Source: Phoronis australis (taxonomy: Eukaryota > Animalia > Phoronida). From it: DNA of 64,000 bases. The stretch is taken from the NCBI GenBank assembly GCA_002633005.1, contig NMRA01000791.1:69881-133880 (forward strand). Direction: 5' to 3'. Of this stretch, positions 40,601-51,215 are shown one piece after another (the first letter of the stretch is position 1; each line of letters starts with the position of its first letter). A program made the position numbers and the translations under genes. The notes below the pieces were generated by a model. That model worked only from the letters and a program-made list of their open reading frames with translations. It ran no database searches and was not told the DNA's origin.

Positions 40601-41956
40601 GTAGGTTTTTTGGCTGAATGGACAGACTTGTCGATAAGGTAATCTTAACAGGGCTGCACCAATATGGAGAAGCCAAACAAAACTAGTTTCCTCTTCGAAG
40701 TATAACTTGGTTGACAGCGTGTACTGAACATGTACAGTACATGTATTGCCTTAGCCTTTTTCTTATTATTTATCCTTTCGCCAGCTTGTAATACTCCCCT
40801 GATGCAGACCGGAGTTGTGCCGGATCACAAAATATGGGTATCTGGTCACATCGGACAATGCCCTAGGTCACATGCCATACTGAACAGTCAAAAGACCGTC
40901 AGTGGATCACCCCCGTGTTACGCGTGGTGTACGATGTCTCTTGCCGATCCATGGATACATGTGAAATTTGACATCAGGTGAGTAGATGAATATGGATTAA
41001 ATATTTCAACTGGCTATTTTTCGTTAAATGATGTAACAAACACGTTGAGTGATTACTATTGTGCAACCAAGTCATGACGTTTGTCATGAACATGTAGCGC
41101 AACTAAAACTCAGGTTAGACTACATTTTTACGCATACATGTAGGCCTACACGGACAGTTCACTGATCTGTCAGATGGAACCTTGAGCAACTCCCTATCAA
41201 AAATAGTTGCGAAGCATAAAACGCGACCGAGAACCAACTCGAGTTCTGGTAATGAATTTAATATTGGATAGCCTTTTAACCTTTATCACATGCGAAGGTA
41301 CATATTTGAGAGATTAGCGGACCAAAATGTCTTCATATTTTTAGATACCGAATTACAGCTGTTGAAGTTCAGGGACGCGGTGATGAGAATCATCACTTAA
41401 ATACGTTTGAACTGAAGTACAGCAACAATGGTCGCTACTGGAGTTTCTACGATGATAGGACGAGGAATTCACTAGTAAGCTCACAACATTTGTTTATAAT
41501 TATCTGGTGTGTACGTCAACAAAACGGAATGGGTGATTGACCACTCATTTGGACTATCAATGTCTGTGCATCGTTCGTGTACAAGTGTGAATCCAGTCAC
41601 GACATGCAGAGGTCAGTCAGACAGGTTATTTTAGATCCGTGGGTGAACATAATTCAGACAATTTTACATGAATCATAAAATGGACTTGTAATAACGTGAG
41701 TCAAATGAAATTCGGGAAAGTCCCTCTGTACGCTCAAGCTACTTTGCAAAATCTTACCAGATATATTAGTTTACAATGTATAATTCTAATATCGAAATAT
41801 TTTTTTTTGTAGTCGCTACTGGCCGGTCAAGGCAGTGTCCGCACAACACTGGACCCTCCTCTGGAAACCTTATATGTGAGAATTGTTCCCAAGACATGGA
41901 CGCCTCAGCAAATCGTCTGTCTCCGTTTTGAGCTCTACGGGTGTCCAATCGAATAA
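7303..41956 (+). CDS. Secreted astacin (M12A) zinc metalloprotease, copy B: SP-pro-astacin-EGF-CUB-EGF-TSP1-MAM-ShK-ShK-F5/8C, 22 exons, about 1041 aa
   Basis: Exons 7303-7371, 11702-11996, 14068-14206, 16643-16736, 17356-17553, 17892-18018, 19593-19700, 20195-20298, 20635-20759, 21339-21466, 22671-22778, 26915-27079, 27532-27870, 28464-28636, 29691-29826, 31812-31844, 32706-32825, 34837-34956, 35861-35938, 40785-40977, 41345-41474, 41813-41956. They sum to 3126 nt, all GT-AG, with consistent phases and no internal stop. Zinc motif [12 protein letters not shown] and Met-turn SIMHY are present. Confidence 0.9.
7778..7932. mobile_element. Short MITE-like dispersed repeat (CAGGGACGGATCC...CCCGCAACTG)
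   Basis: Imperfect terminal inverted repeats. The internal cagacattcgca..cccc.aactgccaaatgg recurs at about 4907-4990, 50045-50112 and 54440-54545. Confidence 0.4.
11702..11996 (+). CDS. Copy B exon 2: prodomain, RKKR convertase site, start of astacin domain
   Basis: LNDGGEF...[27 protein letters not shown]; W..xxIPY is the astacin N-terminal motif. Confidence 0.88.
14068..14206 (+). CDS. Copy B exon 3: astacin domain
   Basis: [47 protein letters not shown] (TCxxF motif). Confidence 0.9.
16643..16736 (+). CDS. Copy B exon 4: astacin domain
   Basis: [32 protein letters not shown] (GCxSxVG...LG...C). Confidence 0.88.
17356..17553 (+). CDS. Copy B exon 5: astacin catalytic Zn site and Met-turn
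   Basis: [23 protein letters not shown]...[13 protein letters not shown]. Confidence 0.95.
17892..18018 (+). CDS. Copy B exon 6: end of astacin domain
   Basis: [42 protein letters not shown] (LSxxDxxxLNxxYxC). Confidence 0.9.
19593..19700 (+). CDS. Copy B exon 7: EGF-like domain
   Basis: [36 protein letters not shown]. Confidence 0.88.
20195..21466 (+). CDS. Copy B exons 8-10: CUB domain (20195-20298, 20635-20759, 21339-21466)
   Basis: [28 protein letters not shown] / [17 protein letters not shown] / LCG...[18 protein letters not shown]. Confidence 0.9.
22671..22778 (+). CDS. Copy B exon 11: EGF domain
   Basis: [36 protein letters not shown]. Confidence 0.9.
23380..25450. mobile_element. 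Degenerate Penelope-like retroelement remnant in two inverted pieces (intron 11)
   Basis: Minus strand about 23770-23975: [11 protein letters not shown]...KP...HLKD...GVMYRITC (linker and GIY-YIG start). Plus strand about 24700-25340: [27 protein letters not shown]...LLDIKV...[10 protein letters not shown] (RT C-terminal part). Confidence 0.65.
25631..25686. repeat. (GT)28 microsatellite preceded by (AT)n, ending at an n
   Basis: Direct reading. Confidence 0.95.
26915..27079 (+). CDS. Copy B exon 12: thrombospondin type-1 repeat
   Basis: [55 protein letters not shown]. Confidence 0.93.
27532..29826 (+). CDS. Copy B exons 13-15: MAM domain plus Pro/Thr linker (27532-27870, 28464-28636, 29691-29826)
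   Basis: CTFD...PSVDHT...YCVRFYY...W...IVISA...[13 protein letters not shown] (MAM: CxF, DHT, CxxFxY, IDDI...C), then [19 protein letters not shown]. Confidence 0.85.
30070..30180. mobile_element. Possible non-autonomous Crypton-type terminus
   Basis: Repeated GCCCGAG(G) motifs (atcgcccgaggggcgttagccccgagggtgataat), as recalled for invertebrate CryptonV ends; no coding remnant seen. Confidence 0.3.
31812..31844 (+). CDS. Copy B exon 16: 33-nt Pro/Thr mini-exon
   Basis: ttttaag|[11 protein letters not shown]|gtaact, phase 1-1. Confidence 0.7.
32706..32825 (+). CDS. Copy B exon 17: ShK domain 1
   Basis: [40 protein letters not shown]. Confidence 0.92.
34609..34708. repeat. Imperfect (CA)n microsatellite
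   Basis: Direct reading. Confidence 0.85.
34837..34956 (+). CDS. Copy B exon 18: ShK domain 2
   Basis: [40 protein letters not shown]. Confidence 0.92.
35861..35938 (+). CDS. Copy B exon 19: Pro/Thr linker
   Basis: [26 protein letters not shown]. Confidence 0.8.
36386..40447 (-). mobile_element. Academ DNA transposon (degenerate, internally deleted) in intron 19 of copy B
   Basis: TAGCGG...CCGCTA termini, imperfect TIRs of about 280 bp, 3-bp TSD CTA (36383-85 and 40448-50). Copy A has the empty site ttttgCTAtgaat (about 2119). Frameshifted transposase pieces on minus ([39 protein letters not shown]) and a terminal Cys cluster [26 protein letters not shown]. Confidence 0.8.
40785..41956 (+). 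CDS. Copy B exons 20-22: F5/8 type C domain plus stop (40785-40977, 41345-41474, 41813-41956)
   Basis: [10 protein letters not shown]...AWC...[10 protein letters not shown]...YSNNGRYW...[11 protein letters not shown]. Confidence 0.9.
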
Positions 41957-42579
41957 CTGTTGCTCTATTTGTGACAGAACCCGGTGACGGTATGGCTAGA
42001 GCATTGTACGACAATGTCTCTGGTTTTCCCAAGTAGACTTTTCTTCTGTACATGTAGACATTTTCTCTGAGAATTTTACGATTGCATTGTCTTAGTTTAC
42101 GTCACTTTGTGAGCACACCTTTGACTCAAGCCAGATTATAATTAATCTATAATGTTACGCTCTTTACGATTAGCACATAACGCCAAGGTCAAACAATCAA
42201 ATGTTTTAAAACCGACTACTTTTACAACCTACACTAAGAACATGAAGGTCTTGTCAATGAAGAAATGAGTTAGCCTATGTTTTGGTAACAGGCAAAGAAC
42301 AACATGTACAAACGATACACAATTGCTCGGAAGATTTTCCAAAATAGTTGTTTTAGACCTGTCCACAAAACAAACGCAAAAAAGCTGAGTTTGTTGCCCG
42401 GTGCCTGTCCAATTAGTTACGTGCTTGATTTGCTAGCTCAAGTCAGTGAAGACCAAGTACTACAACCGAACGCATAAACGCAGTAGCCATCTGTTTTATA
42501 ACGTAGTAGAAGTAACGCACAGCCAAATGAAAGCGCTCCGAGGAGCGACACGTGGTGAAATTGGGTGAAAATTATTGGA

Positions 42580-42670
42580 GATGATGATAATGATGATGGT
42601 GATGATGATGATGATGACGATGACGACGACGACGATGATGATGAAAATGGCGATGATGAACATGAAGATA
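42580..42670. repeat. (GAT/GAC)n trinucleotide microsatellite
   Basis: Direct reading. Confidence 0.9.
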
Positions 42671-44631
42671 ACAATCATGACGAAAGAAGATTTCAGAAAT
42701 GAGTAAGAAATAAGCTACATGTATAGTCTTGTTCGTATCAACAAATGTGCAGCAAAATCGTACAATATACTCTCACAAAACGTTCGAAATATTTCAAATG
42801 TTGATTTTTGAAATTGAAAGTCAGATAACTCAAAAACGGGAAATCTAAAAAAAATTGTTACAGGTCATTCGAAAGAGCATACCTCAGAGAATCTAAATTC
42901 AAAAATTCACGTCATTTGCTCTTCCCGTTCAAAATGGCACAGCAACACAGAAAGAAGTTTCGGTTAAGCAGAACTTGGTAATAGATACATGTAGCAACAG
43001 AAAACTAACACATGAAAATTTTCGAAGCAACGGGTCCAACAATGTGCCTTCCACAGGACAAAATGTTTTCGGCCATAAATCGAGGCGCCATGCGCAATGG
43101 TCGTTAGTTCCGCAATCTTTGACCAGAGGTAAATGATTTTCGGTACATCTGTTGGACATGTCAAGTGCAACAATCCTGTCGATTTTGATCTTTGTACGTC
43201 AAAAGTTACGGCCTCTATGAGCATTTGAATCTGAATTCTAAAATAAAATGTCATCCACGTCCGCCTTTTTTCAATCTGATCATAACCAAAAACAAAAGGC
43301 TTCTAGCACTTTTGCAAATACAGCTTTTGGGCAAATTTCGAGCGAATCAGAGGGAAAGTGCGACTGGTATAGAGCGCGAACAACAAAAAAGCGAATTCTA
43401 CTTGCGCTAACTGCGAAGCGATACCTAAGCTTACAATGAAACAACATGTGCGAGTGAGATAAAATGTCAAATATATCAAGACAAACAGAACTACTACCGA
43501 TATCGATAAATATAAAAGATATAAAGTGTATGATATGTTGAGCTGTAAAGATGGGTGACAATCTCTCGGACAATCGGCACTGCTGCAGGTGTAAAGGTGG
43601 TATATACATGTATCAAGGTTGATGGCTAACACAATGCCGAAGCAACACTGTGATATCGATATGGGAAAATCGAGAGTTAATAGAAATGAAAAAAGAAATA
43701 AATGATTTAAGGGAAGGAAGGCTATGAAAATTGACTGAAAAAATACAAAATTGAAGAGAATTATGGACGATGGCACAGTTTTGCGAGGAGACAAAGAAAT
43801 CACGCTTGTAAACCAATATAAGTAGGAGAACGAAGAGGGCCACTGACCCAAGAATCAAAACACAATCATAATGAGGACGGATCAGTATAGCTTACATAAA
43901 ATAATTTAATACTTAAATTATATTCATATGCACTAATTGGGAAGCGATACCGAAGCTAGTTTACACTGAAACAATACGAGAGGGTGAGATGATAGCTCAT
44001 ATATATTACGACAAACTAACTTACTACAGATCTGATCCATAGATACAAAAGTTATACAGTACATGTATATTGAGTTGTAAACGTGGGTGACAATCTGCCT
44101 CAGGTGCAGCAGAAGGAGGCATCCGCCCACCGGAGGGGGAGCGAGCGAGGCTGACAAAAATTAGGATGTGCATAAAGGAGTAAAAATAGTGATGAATAAT
44201 AAGAAAATTGGGAACACGAAGTGGAATTGCTGGTTAACATGACAACAGAAAATTATATACACGACTCAACAAGAGGTCGAAATGAGAGTAACCAAAACCT
44301 AAGAGGAGTACAAAGCTAACATGGAATGATACTATCCAAGCAATATGCATAAGGAGACGTATGTACAGATACACTGTGTGTCGCATAGATAGGTACATGT
44401 AAAGATAAATACTGACACACATAGACAGAAATGCATGCAGACAAGGATACATCGAAGTGAGGTAATGTGAAATGTCAACCTATATAATCCGTGGTAAAAT
44501 GCTAACACGTTGAATTACAATGGATACGCCAGGAGGTGAACCGAGAACAAGTATAATAAGTACTGGAATAGGTTCCTGGGAGGGAGAACCCAGAAACGTT
44601 TAGTGGTAAAGAGACGATGCAAGTGGGTTGG

Positions 44632-44950
44632 GCACTGGCAATAGAGGTGGCCCGATGATGAAAATGGAGAGTGAGTGCATGAATCAGGACAGTGGCAATG
44701 CAGGTCCCCTAGGGTGGAAACAACACTGGCATAGAAAGGCAAGTGTTGATGAGCGACGCTGGACATTGCCGACACAGTAGCCCCTGAGATAAAGATGGGT
44801 AGTGGACGGGACACTGGCAATGCAGTTGCCCCTATGATGAAAGGGGTTGGTGAGTGAGACGAGGCACTGGCAATACAGTTGCCCGGTAGATGAGAAAAGG
44901 TGTGACGCGGTTAAGCGCTGGCAATACAGCTGCTCATTGCAGACGAATGA
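44632..44950. repeat. Degenerate tandem array of about 7 units (about 35-56 bp) with core RCACTGGCAATRCAGTTGCCC
   Basis: Cores near 44632, 44688, 44723, 44762, 44810, 44863, 44914. Confidence 0.7.
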
Positions 44951-44991
44951 TTAAGGTAGTGAGTGGGATCGTTAGTAGCGGGCAAGTGGAG

Positions 44992-45330
44992 TTATGGGAG
45001 ACGAACATAGTTCCCGAGAGCGTCGGAATTCCAGAGACCTATGCGCTGAACGGTCGAGTCAGAGATTTGGAGGATCGTAGCAAAGGTGGCTGTTCCAATG
45101 CGGAAACTATGAGATTTGTATCGTTCAGGATCTAGACCGACGTATTCGAGTACCAAGTTCAGGTAGAAAATAAAGTATAAGCGAGTTATGGGGGAACCAT
45201 TGGGAACCAGGAAAAGAGTGTCCAAGGACGGTGGTCGGAGAGATTGAGGTAGTGCTGAAAGGTGGCAACAGGGCAATAAGATCCGGTAGAACGAGGAATA
45301 ACGAGGAGTGAGGTCATGATATTGGTAGTG
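44992..45330 (-). pseudogene. Tyrosine recombinase C-terminal remnant
   Basis: LFLVPNGSPITRLYF...GLDPERYKSHSFRIGTATFA...DSTVQRIGLWNSDALGNYVRLP (HxxR, G[R]W, catalytic Y); upstream part frameshifted or deleted. Confidence 0.85.
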
Positions 45331-46466
45331 AGAGATGAACGTAGATGTAACTAAGACGTCGTAGGGGACCTGGATGATGCAGAGGGGTGATGAGGCAGAG
45401 GTAGTAGGTGATGAGGCAACAAATTCACTAAGAAACACGAAAAAAGGCGTGAAAGGCCGTGGAAAACATGGCAACACAGCGAGATGCAAAGAAATGAGAG
45501 TAGAGGGCCAAGGGTAAGGCACTGAAAAGGCGGTGAAACCATAGTGGGAGAACAATGAGGGTCAATGACCCAAAAATAAAAACGATATGATAATGAGGAT
45601 GAAGCAGTATAGTTTAAATGAAATAATTTAATACTTAAATAATATTTCGCAAATTAATAATTTCCTTGCAGCCGGGCTTTCGACGAAGGTCTTTCCTTAA
45701 TCTGCCAAAACACTCCTTCGGAGTATGTCTCAATGCCTTTCAAAAAGTTTCCTAGCGTTTTAAACTCGGCTGATGAAACTTTAAATAGCGCAACTTGACA
45801 AAATTATGATTTTCTCTTATTCTCTATGTTCATTATTCCAATGGCTTGGACAATTATTATTCAAGGTAGATCATAATTATTGTTAAAAAGTCATTTAAAA
45901 GAACCACTGTGACCAGTTTGAAATACTGGTTTACCTAATTCCCTCAATAATGTGTGCCTCCCAAGTTTATCATCGTCATTGGCAAGTAATCCAGTGTTGT
46001 TTGGTTAAATCTTTGACCTGTTCTTCAGTCCGATGAGCTATCATCACTTGCCTATTTTATCACCAGTGATTTTGTAACTTGAATGGTCAATGAGAATGGA
46101 TTTTGAACTCGCATTTAAATGTTGTATTATTTGGCTTCTGGCAACTACAACCTTTGAAGTACATGTAATTGCTTGGTGCAAGATGAAATTACTTGTGATT
46201 TCTAAACGATAACCAGTCGCTGACGTTACAGAAAATCTTTCACAACAGACAAGACACTCTGAAACCTAACGATCCCCAGAATAGGATGTTTTTTCATGCT
46301 GATGGTCATTTTGATGACCACGAACGCCTGGGAATCAAGTTGCCTGATCAATCAGATTGGATGACATAATTAAACAACTTGATCATAAATATTGCAGCGT
46401 TCAACCAGATGATTTTAAGTTCTGGGACCACTGTTAACCACAGTTTAGTTAACAGGAAACTTTTCA

Positions 46467-46535
46467 ATGTCGTGGAGGAAGTTTGTGGTTGCTGGGTTGC
46501 TGCAGATGTGTAGCTCTGTGGGACTTTACGAAGAC
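46467..46535 (+). CDS. Paralogous signal-peptide exon (candidate exon 1 of copy C, or an orphan)
   Basis: MSWRKFVVAGLLQMCSSVGLYED|GTAAGT; same length and phase as 7303-7371. Confidence 0.7.
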
Positions 46536-47113
46536 GTAAGTAACATGGTAAGACTCTAGGACACCGAACGCAAAAGTGAATCACATGTGACGCTATGAAC
46601 TGTAAATATTACTAAACACAATCTTGTGATCATACCCTTGTTTCCTCCTGAGGCACAAAGCACTGCCTATTCTGTCTGGATAATGTGTTGTTGCTAATCC
46701 AATTGCATGTAGTAAACATCTGAGGTGTAAAGTTTCACAAAACAGAGCAGAGCGCATTGCACTGGTTCCGTGACGTTCACTCATCATATTAATGTAATTC
46801 CTCTCACAGTTGGACAATTTTTTCGAAGTTGCTGAAACTTATTTCCTTTAGACGAAGACAAAAACAACTTTGTCGCGTCTGTGAAAGCGCAAATTTCAAA
46901 CTTAGCGCTGGACAGCCATAATTAAGTTGGACATCTGATATCTGAGACGCATACATGTATGTGAAAACTGGCTCCTGCAGAGGGATGGAGCTCAAATCCT
47001 GAAAGGAAAGCCTAATCTTTTTCAGACCGGATCACTCGTTTCAGGAGAATATTGGCAGTGTTTGCTGAGGTTTGGCAGATCATGCAACACGTTTATGAAA
47101 AAAGTTATCACGC

Positions 47114-47262
47114 AGAGAGAGAGATAGANNNNNNNNNNNNNNNNNNNNNNNNNNNNNNNNNNNNNNNNNNAGAGAGAGAGATAGAGAGAGAGATGTGTAT
47201 ATAACTATTTATCTATCTGCACATTTATATATGTGTTTGTCTGCGTGTGTGTCGGTGTGTAA

Positions 47263-47297
<35 letters not shown>
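47114..47297. repeat. (AG)n flanking a 42-N assembly gap (47129-47170), followed by (CA)n at 47267-47297
   Basis: Direct reading. Confidence 0.9.
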
Positions 47298-47300
<3 letters not shown>

Positions 47301-47379
47301 TGCTTGCTAAAGACATATTAACTACATATATATGGGAATAATAGTAAATTAATCTAAGTATACACTATGGAATTCTTTG

Positions 47380-49010
47380 CCACACTGACTGGAGTGTCAG
47401 AATGAGTCAAAGCTGAGACACGTAACTTTAATGTTTGTGGTCGGCGCACCTTTTAATTGTGTGTGGTCGGCACACCAACCTCCACCCGTTCATCAAGCCT
47501 TAGTGCGGAAACCGAGTTGGTGGCAGTCCTCTGTTGGAGTGGGACGATCACCGCAGCAAGTCAGAATGGTTCATGGTAACATGCAAAGCTGCAGCAGGTA
47601 TTTGGTGCTTCATCGAAAACCTTTCGCATGCGGCGGGCATTCCAGAGTCGACCATTTGAAAGGCAATACGTCCAGTTGCCGATGAAGTCGACAACTGCAC
47701 GAACTTTAACGCGTAAGTGAATAATGGCAAATCTATCCAACGTTTCGGTTTATTACTCTAAATCATTCTGAAGTAAACAGTTCACAGACTCAAAACAGGC
47801 GACACAGGCAGAGAAGAGACTGTACAGTACACGTCAATATGCATCGTGAGGGTGACAGACCAAACATCAAAACAGTTGGAGCTCAAATGATCCAATGTTT
47901 CTATTGAGGTAATGCTCAGCATGATTCAACCGTATATTCATAACCTCCCTTTATGAGCCTGAGGTGGCAATATCCTTGTCTAAGATTTGAACACCAGAGC
48001 AATCTATCAGCTGTCAAGGAATAATTGAGAACAGCACTGTGTGTGTCTTTACAGTGTTCTTTTACTCTGATGCTAAGAATCCTGTTCGTCATTCCCATGT
48101 AAAACTGTTAACAGTCACTGCAGTTGAGTTGGTACACAACATAACTTCTTTGATAATTACTCAACCGTGTTTTAAGTCTCGACAATGACAAAAGCCTGTT
48201 TACAGGTTTGAAGTCGACAACTTCTAGAGGCGTTAACCACGGTGACAATCCTTTGTGATAATTCGATTTCTTCACGCGGAAGGAATCGCCGGTTTTGTAG
48301 GGTTCTCTATGTGTCACTGGCGTAGGATTTGGTCGAGCGGAGTCGCTTCTGCTCGGAGAAGACCAGGACTCGCTCCCATCCACGACGGGACCAAACGACT
48401 TGGTAGGCAACTCGAAATTTGCATAGCGGAGCATATGTAGTTCGAAAGTGAGCAAGCAAATTCTCTAGGTGTTGGTCCCACGGGAAGTTTGCACTCTTGG
48501 TTTGTATGTCATTTTCAAGTAAGGTTGAAAACTTCAACCCTGTCGTTTTGTTGTGGGTTATAGACTGCAATATCTTCGTTGAGCATGTGCCTGTTACGAA
48601 GGAACACCTCAAAATCTCAGCTCGTGAACTGTGGGCCGTGGTCAGGTACAAATATAGGGTTGCCAAAGATCGAAATAAGATTGCCCAACCAGCGGATAAC
48701 GGTTATGTTACCCGTGCTGAGGACGAAGGGGAATGATGAATGGTAGTCGATGGCAGCTAGTATGAAACGTTTGTTCGGATTTGCAGTGGCAAAAGGAACT
48801 GTGATGTCAATGTCGATCCAGGTCTGAGTTTGTGGTGGCATGGCAGTCGAGGGTATATGGTGGCTGGAGCAGATTTATCTAAATCCTCGCAAGCAGCACA
48901 ATATCGCACCGTATGTCTTACCTCTTTTTCCATCTCAGGCTACAAGTAGGCTTCGCGTAGTTCGTTTTTCATTCGACGAATGCCGGGGTGGCCTACACTT
49001 GGTGTTGTGG
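47380..49010 (-). mobile_element. Gypsy/Ty3 LTR retrotransposon integrase remnant
   Basis: GHPGIRRMKNELREAYL*PEMEKEVRHTVRYCAAC (HHCC); WIDIDI..ILAAIDYHSSFP..DHGPQFTS (DDE core); YKTGDSFRVK..SPWLTPLEVV (GPY/F-like); purine tract then a possible LTR near 47476. Confidence 0.8.
47697..48208 (-). mobile_element. 5'-truncated Penelope-like fragment (GIY-YIG endonuclease) nested in the Gypsy remnant
   Basis: FKPVNRL..LKTRLSNYQRSYVVYQLNCSDC*QFYMGMTNRILSIRVKEH; flanked by the 14-bp direct repeat TGAAGTCGACAACT (47683-47696, 48209-48222). Confidence 0.75.
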
Positions 49011-51215
49011 CTCAGTATCTGCCACATGGTAGAACTCTTTCTAAGAAATATGAAAGGAGTTTTGCACAGAAGTACATGCATTTCTATTATACAAAAATGT
49101 GTAAAAATCAAGAACGAGATAAAACCCAGGAAAAAGACCTGCGAAATCGCTTCGAAACTTCGCAAGCAAAGTTTTTATGGGTCCAGGGGCACGTTTCAAC
49201 ACTCAGCGTTGCTATTGTATTTAAGTTTGGTCGAGATCCCCAGTAGGCACAAAAGACCGGTTCCCTACGGGGGGAGCATAGGGAAAGTCAAGAACGAGCC
49301 AACCATAGAGCGGGCGCACGCGCTACTGCGGCTGACAACTTGAAGTCATATTGGAGAGTGATACTAGTCACGTGACACGGCTAATTGCCGTGGAAACCAA
49401 CGGGGCAACGTGCCCTTTTCAAATCGCAGCATCCCAACACATAAAGAGGCGGAAGCGTGTGAGTTTTTTCCAGAAACGTAAAAAACATGTGCTGCAACGC
49501 TTACATGCGTCGATCAGTCGATAGTGAAAATATCAAAGCAATAGAAGATCGCAACCAATGGCTGATTCTGGAGTGGCCTGAGCGGCTGTACGCTTGTCAA
49601 TCCAGTGCGAACATTTCATTTTTTCGTTTTTTCAAAACCAGTAAGATCGCGCAAATTTATCGTTTAATTCGTGTCGCTCGATGCAAATCCAGTATATTCA
49701 GGAGACGTGCCGCTCACCCGGAACGTGCATTTGTGGTGCCCCAATAAGCCGGCCTTTACAGTATTGGAAAAGAACCCCGCCCGGGTAACTTTACAATTAT
49801 GTGACCAGGGTCGCTTTTAAAAGGGTCTAAATTTAATCTGAACTACTGTGAAAAATGAACTCATTGGCGTCATATAAATAAATGGCATGATTTTAAAGTT
49901 CATTGGTGCGTTCTCCTGTTCAGCAACATTACCAGACGTACATGTGCAACGGTTGTGAGCGTCTGATAATATCTAGCTCCTTTGTTAACTACCGAGCACA
50001 GACATGCAGATCAATCATCTACCAGGCTTATTACCGATCACATATCAGACAATCGCACCCCCAAACTGGGGCGGAGCATGCCCCCCTTCGCCCCCTCTTA
50101 ATCCCTCATTGATATGGGTTGGGGAATTCAAAAAAATGTCATTGTTTTATGTTCAAACATTTTATAACTTATTTTCAACAGCACCGCCCAGTCAGGTTAC
50201 AATCTTATCGGAGATTAGAGCAGCTATTGAATAAAAGAGAGATGGCCCTCAAACCCATGCGCGCACACAGTGGGGCTTGGTGGGCTCGAACGACCGCGCC
50301 ATTTGGCGAAATGGGCAAAAGGTCCGCCCTAGACAAACAAAAAGTCCGAAAAAACGAGATAAAAATCCACTAAAAAGATGCAAACGCACATTTTACAGCA
50401 CGTACAGCTCCGATCGTGGTACTGTTTTTGTTTTTGGTTTACCTTTAGTCAACCTTACTATTTTGTTTGAAAAAGGTCCATACCGCCAGGTATTCGAGCC
50501 CCCCATATTGAAGGCTGAGTGCGCGAAGGTAACCCTAATTGAATGCCAGAATGGACTTAATCAGTCGTCAGTGCAACATATTGGCTACAGCGGTCATCCG
50601 CCCAACTTGTTGTGCTATACAACCTAACTCAACGGTAGAGCGCCGTAACGTAAAAAGCAAAGAACACACTCTCAGTTCCTTTCCTGCGAATCGCTCGGTA
50701 TTGCCAACGTACAAATATTCTTCTCTCACGCCCGGTATTCCTCTCTCACGGCTGTGAAGTCCCCCCACCCCCCATCAAGCACCAGGCACTTTTTGGCGTT
50801 TTTAGTATATCCACACCGTGTAGTTATATTCTCACAAAGAGATCAGCCCAGCTCCCACACATTATTTCGAACCTTTCCTATACATTCCTGCCTGCGCGTC
50901 CCTGAGCTGAGAACTTTAAAATACACTCTTTTCACGCACACTTGGCCTTCCCAGGGTTTCTGGAAAACTTGGCTGCGATCGGACGATTCTTAACATGTGG
51001 CCAAGTATTTTGGATTAGTCTTCTTGCAGTTCAGTAGTCAGATATTATATCCTAGGCACGAGCAATGCAAAATGCCAATTGTCAATTTGGGCAACTGGAC
51101 GAAGGACTGTTTGAACAATAGTGATTGTTTTCTCTCGAGCTCAGCTCCCTCACATCATATTCTTGGTCTGCACACCGTTCAGTACTTTCAGTCCTTAATT
51201 GCGGCATACACTGTA

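Larger units (their letters stand above)
43403..45648 (-). mobile_element. Ngaro-type (DIRS-group) tyrosine-recombinase retroelement, internally deleted, with split direct repeats A1-YR-B1-A2-B2
   Basis: A1 45541-45646 resembles A2 43818-43924; B1 43929-44096 resembles B2 43403-43564; a YR remnant lies between A1 and B1. Confidence 0.75.

Noticed and set aside
42438-42678. Poly-Ser and poly-Ile/Val ORFs
   Set aside because: Translations of the (GAT)n microsatellite.
43303-43851. 182-aa hydrophobic ORF suggesting a membrane protein
   Set aside because: Composition artefact of the T-rich strand of the Ngaro terminal repeats.
44632-44950. CRISPR array
   Set aside because: Eukaryotic context, no cas genes, degenerate repeats and partly homologous spacers; kept only as an element-internal array.
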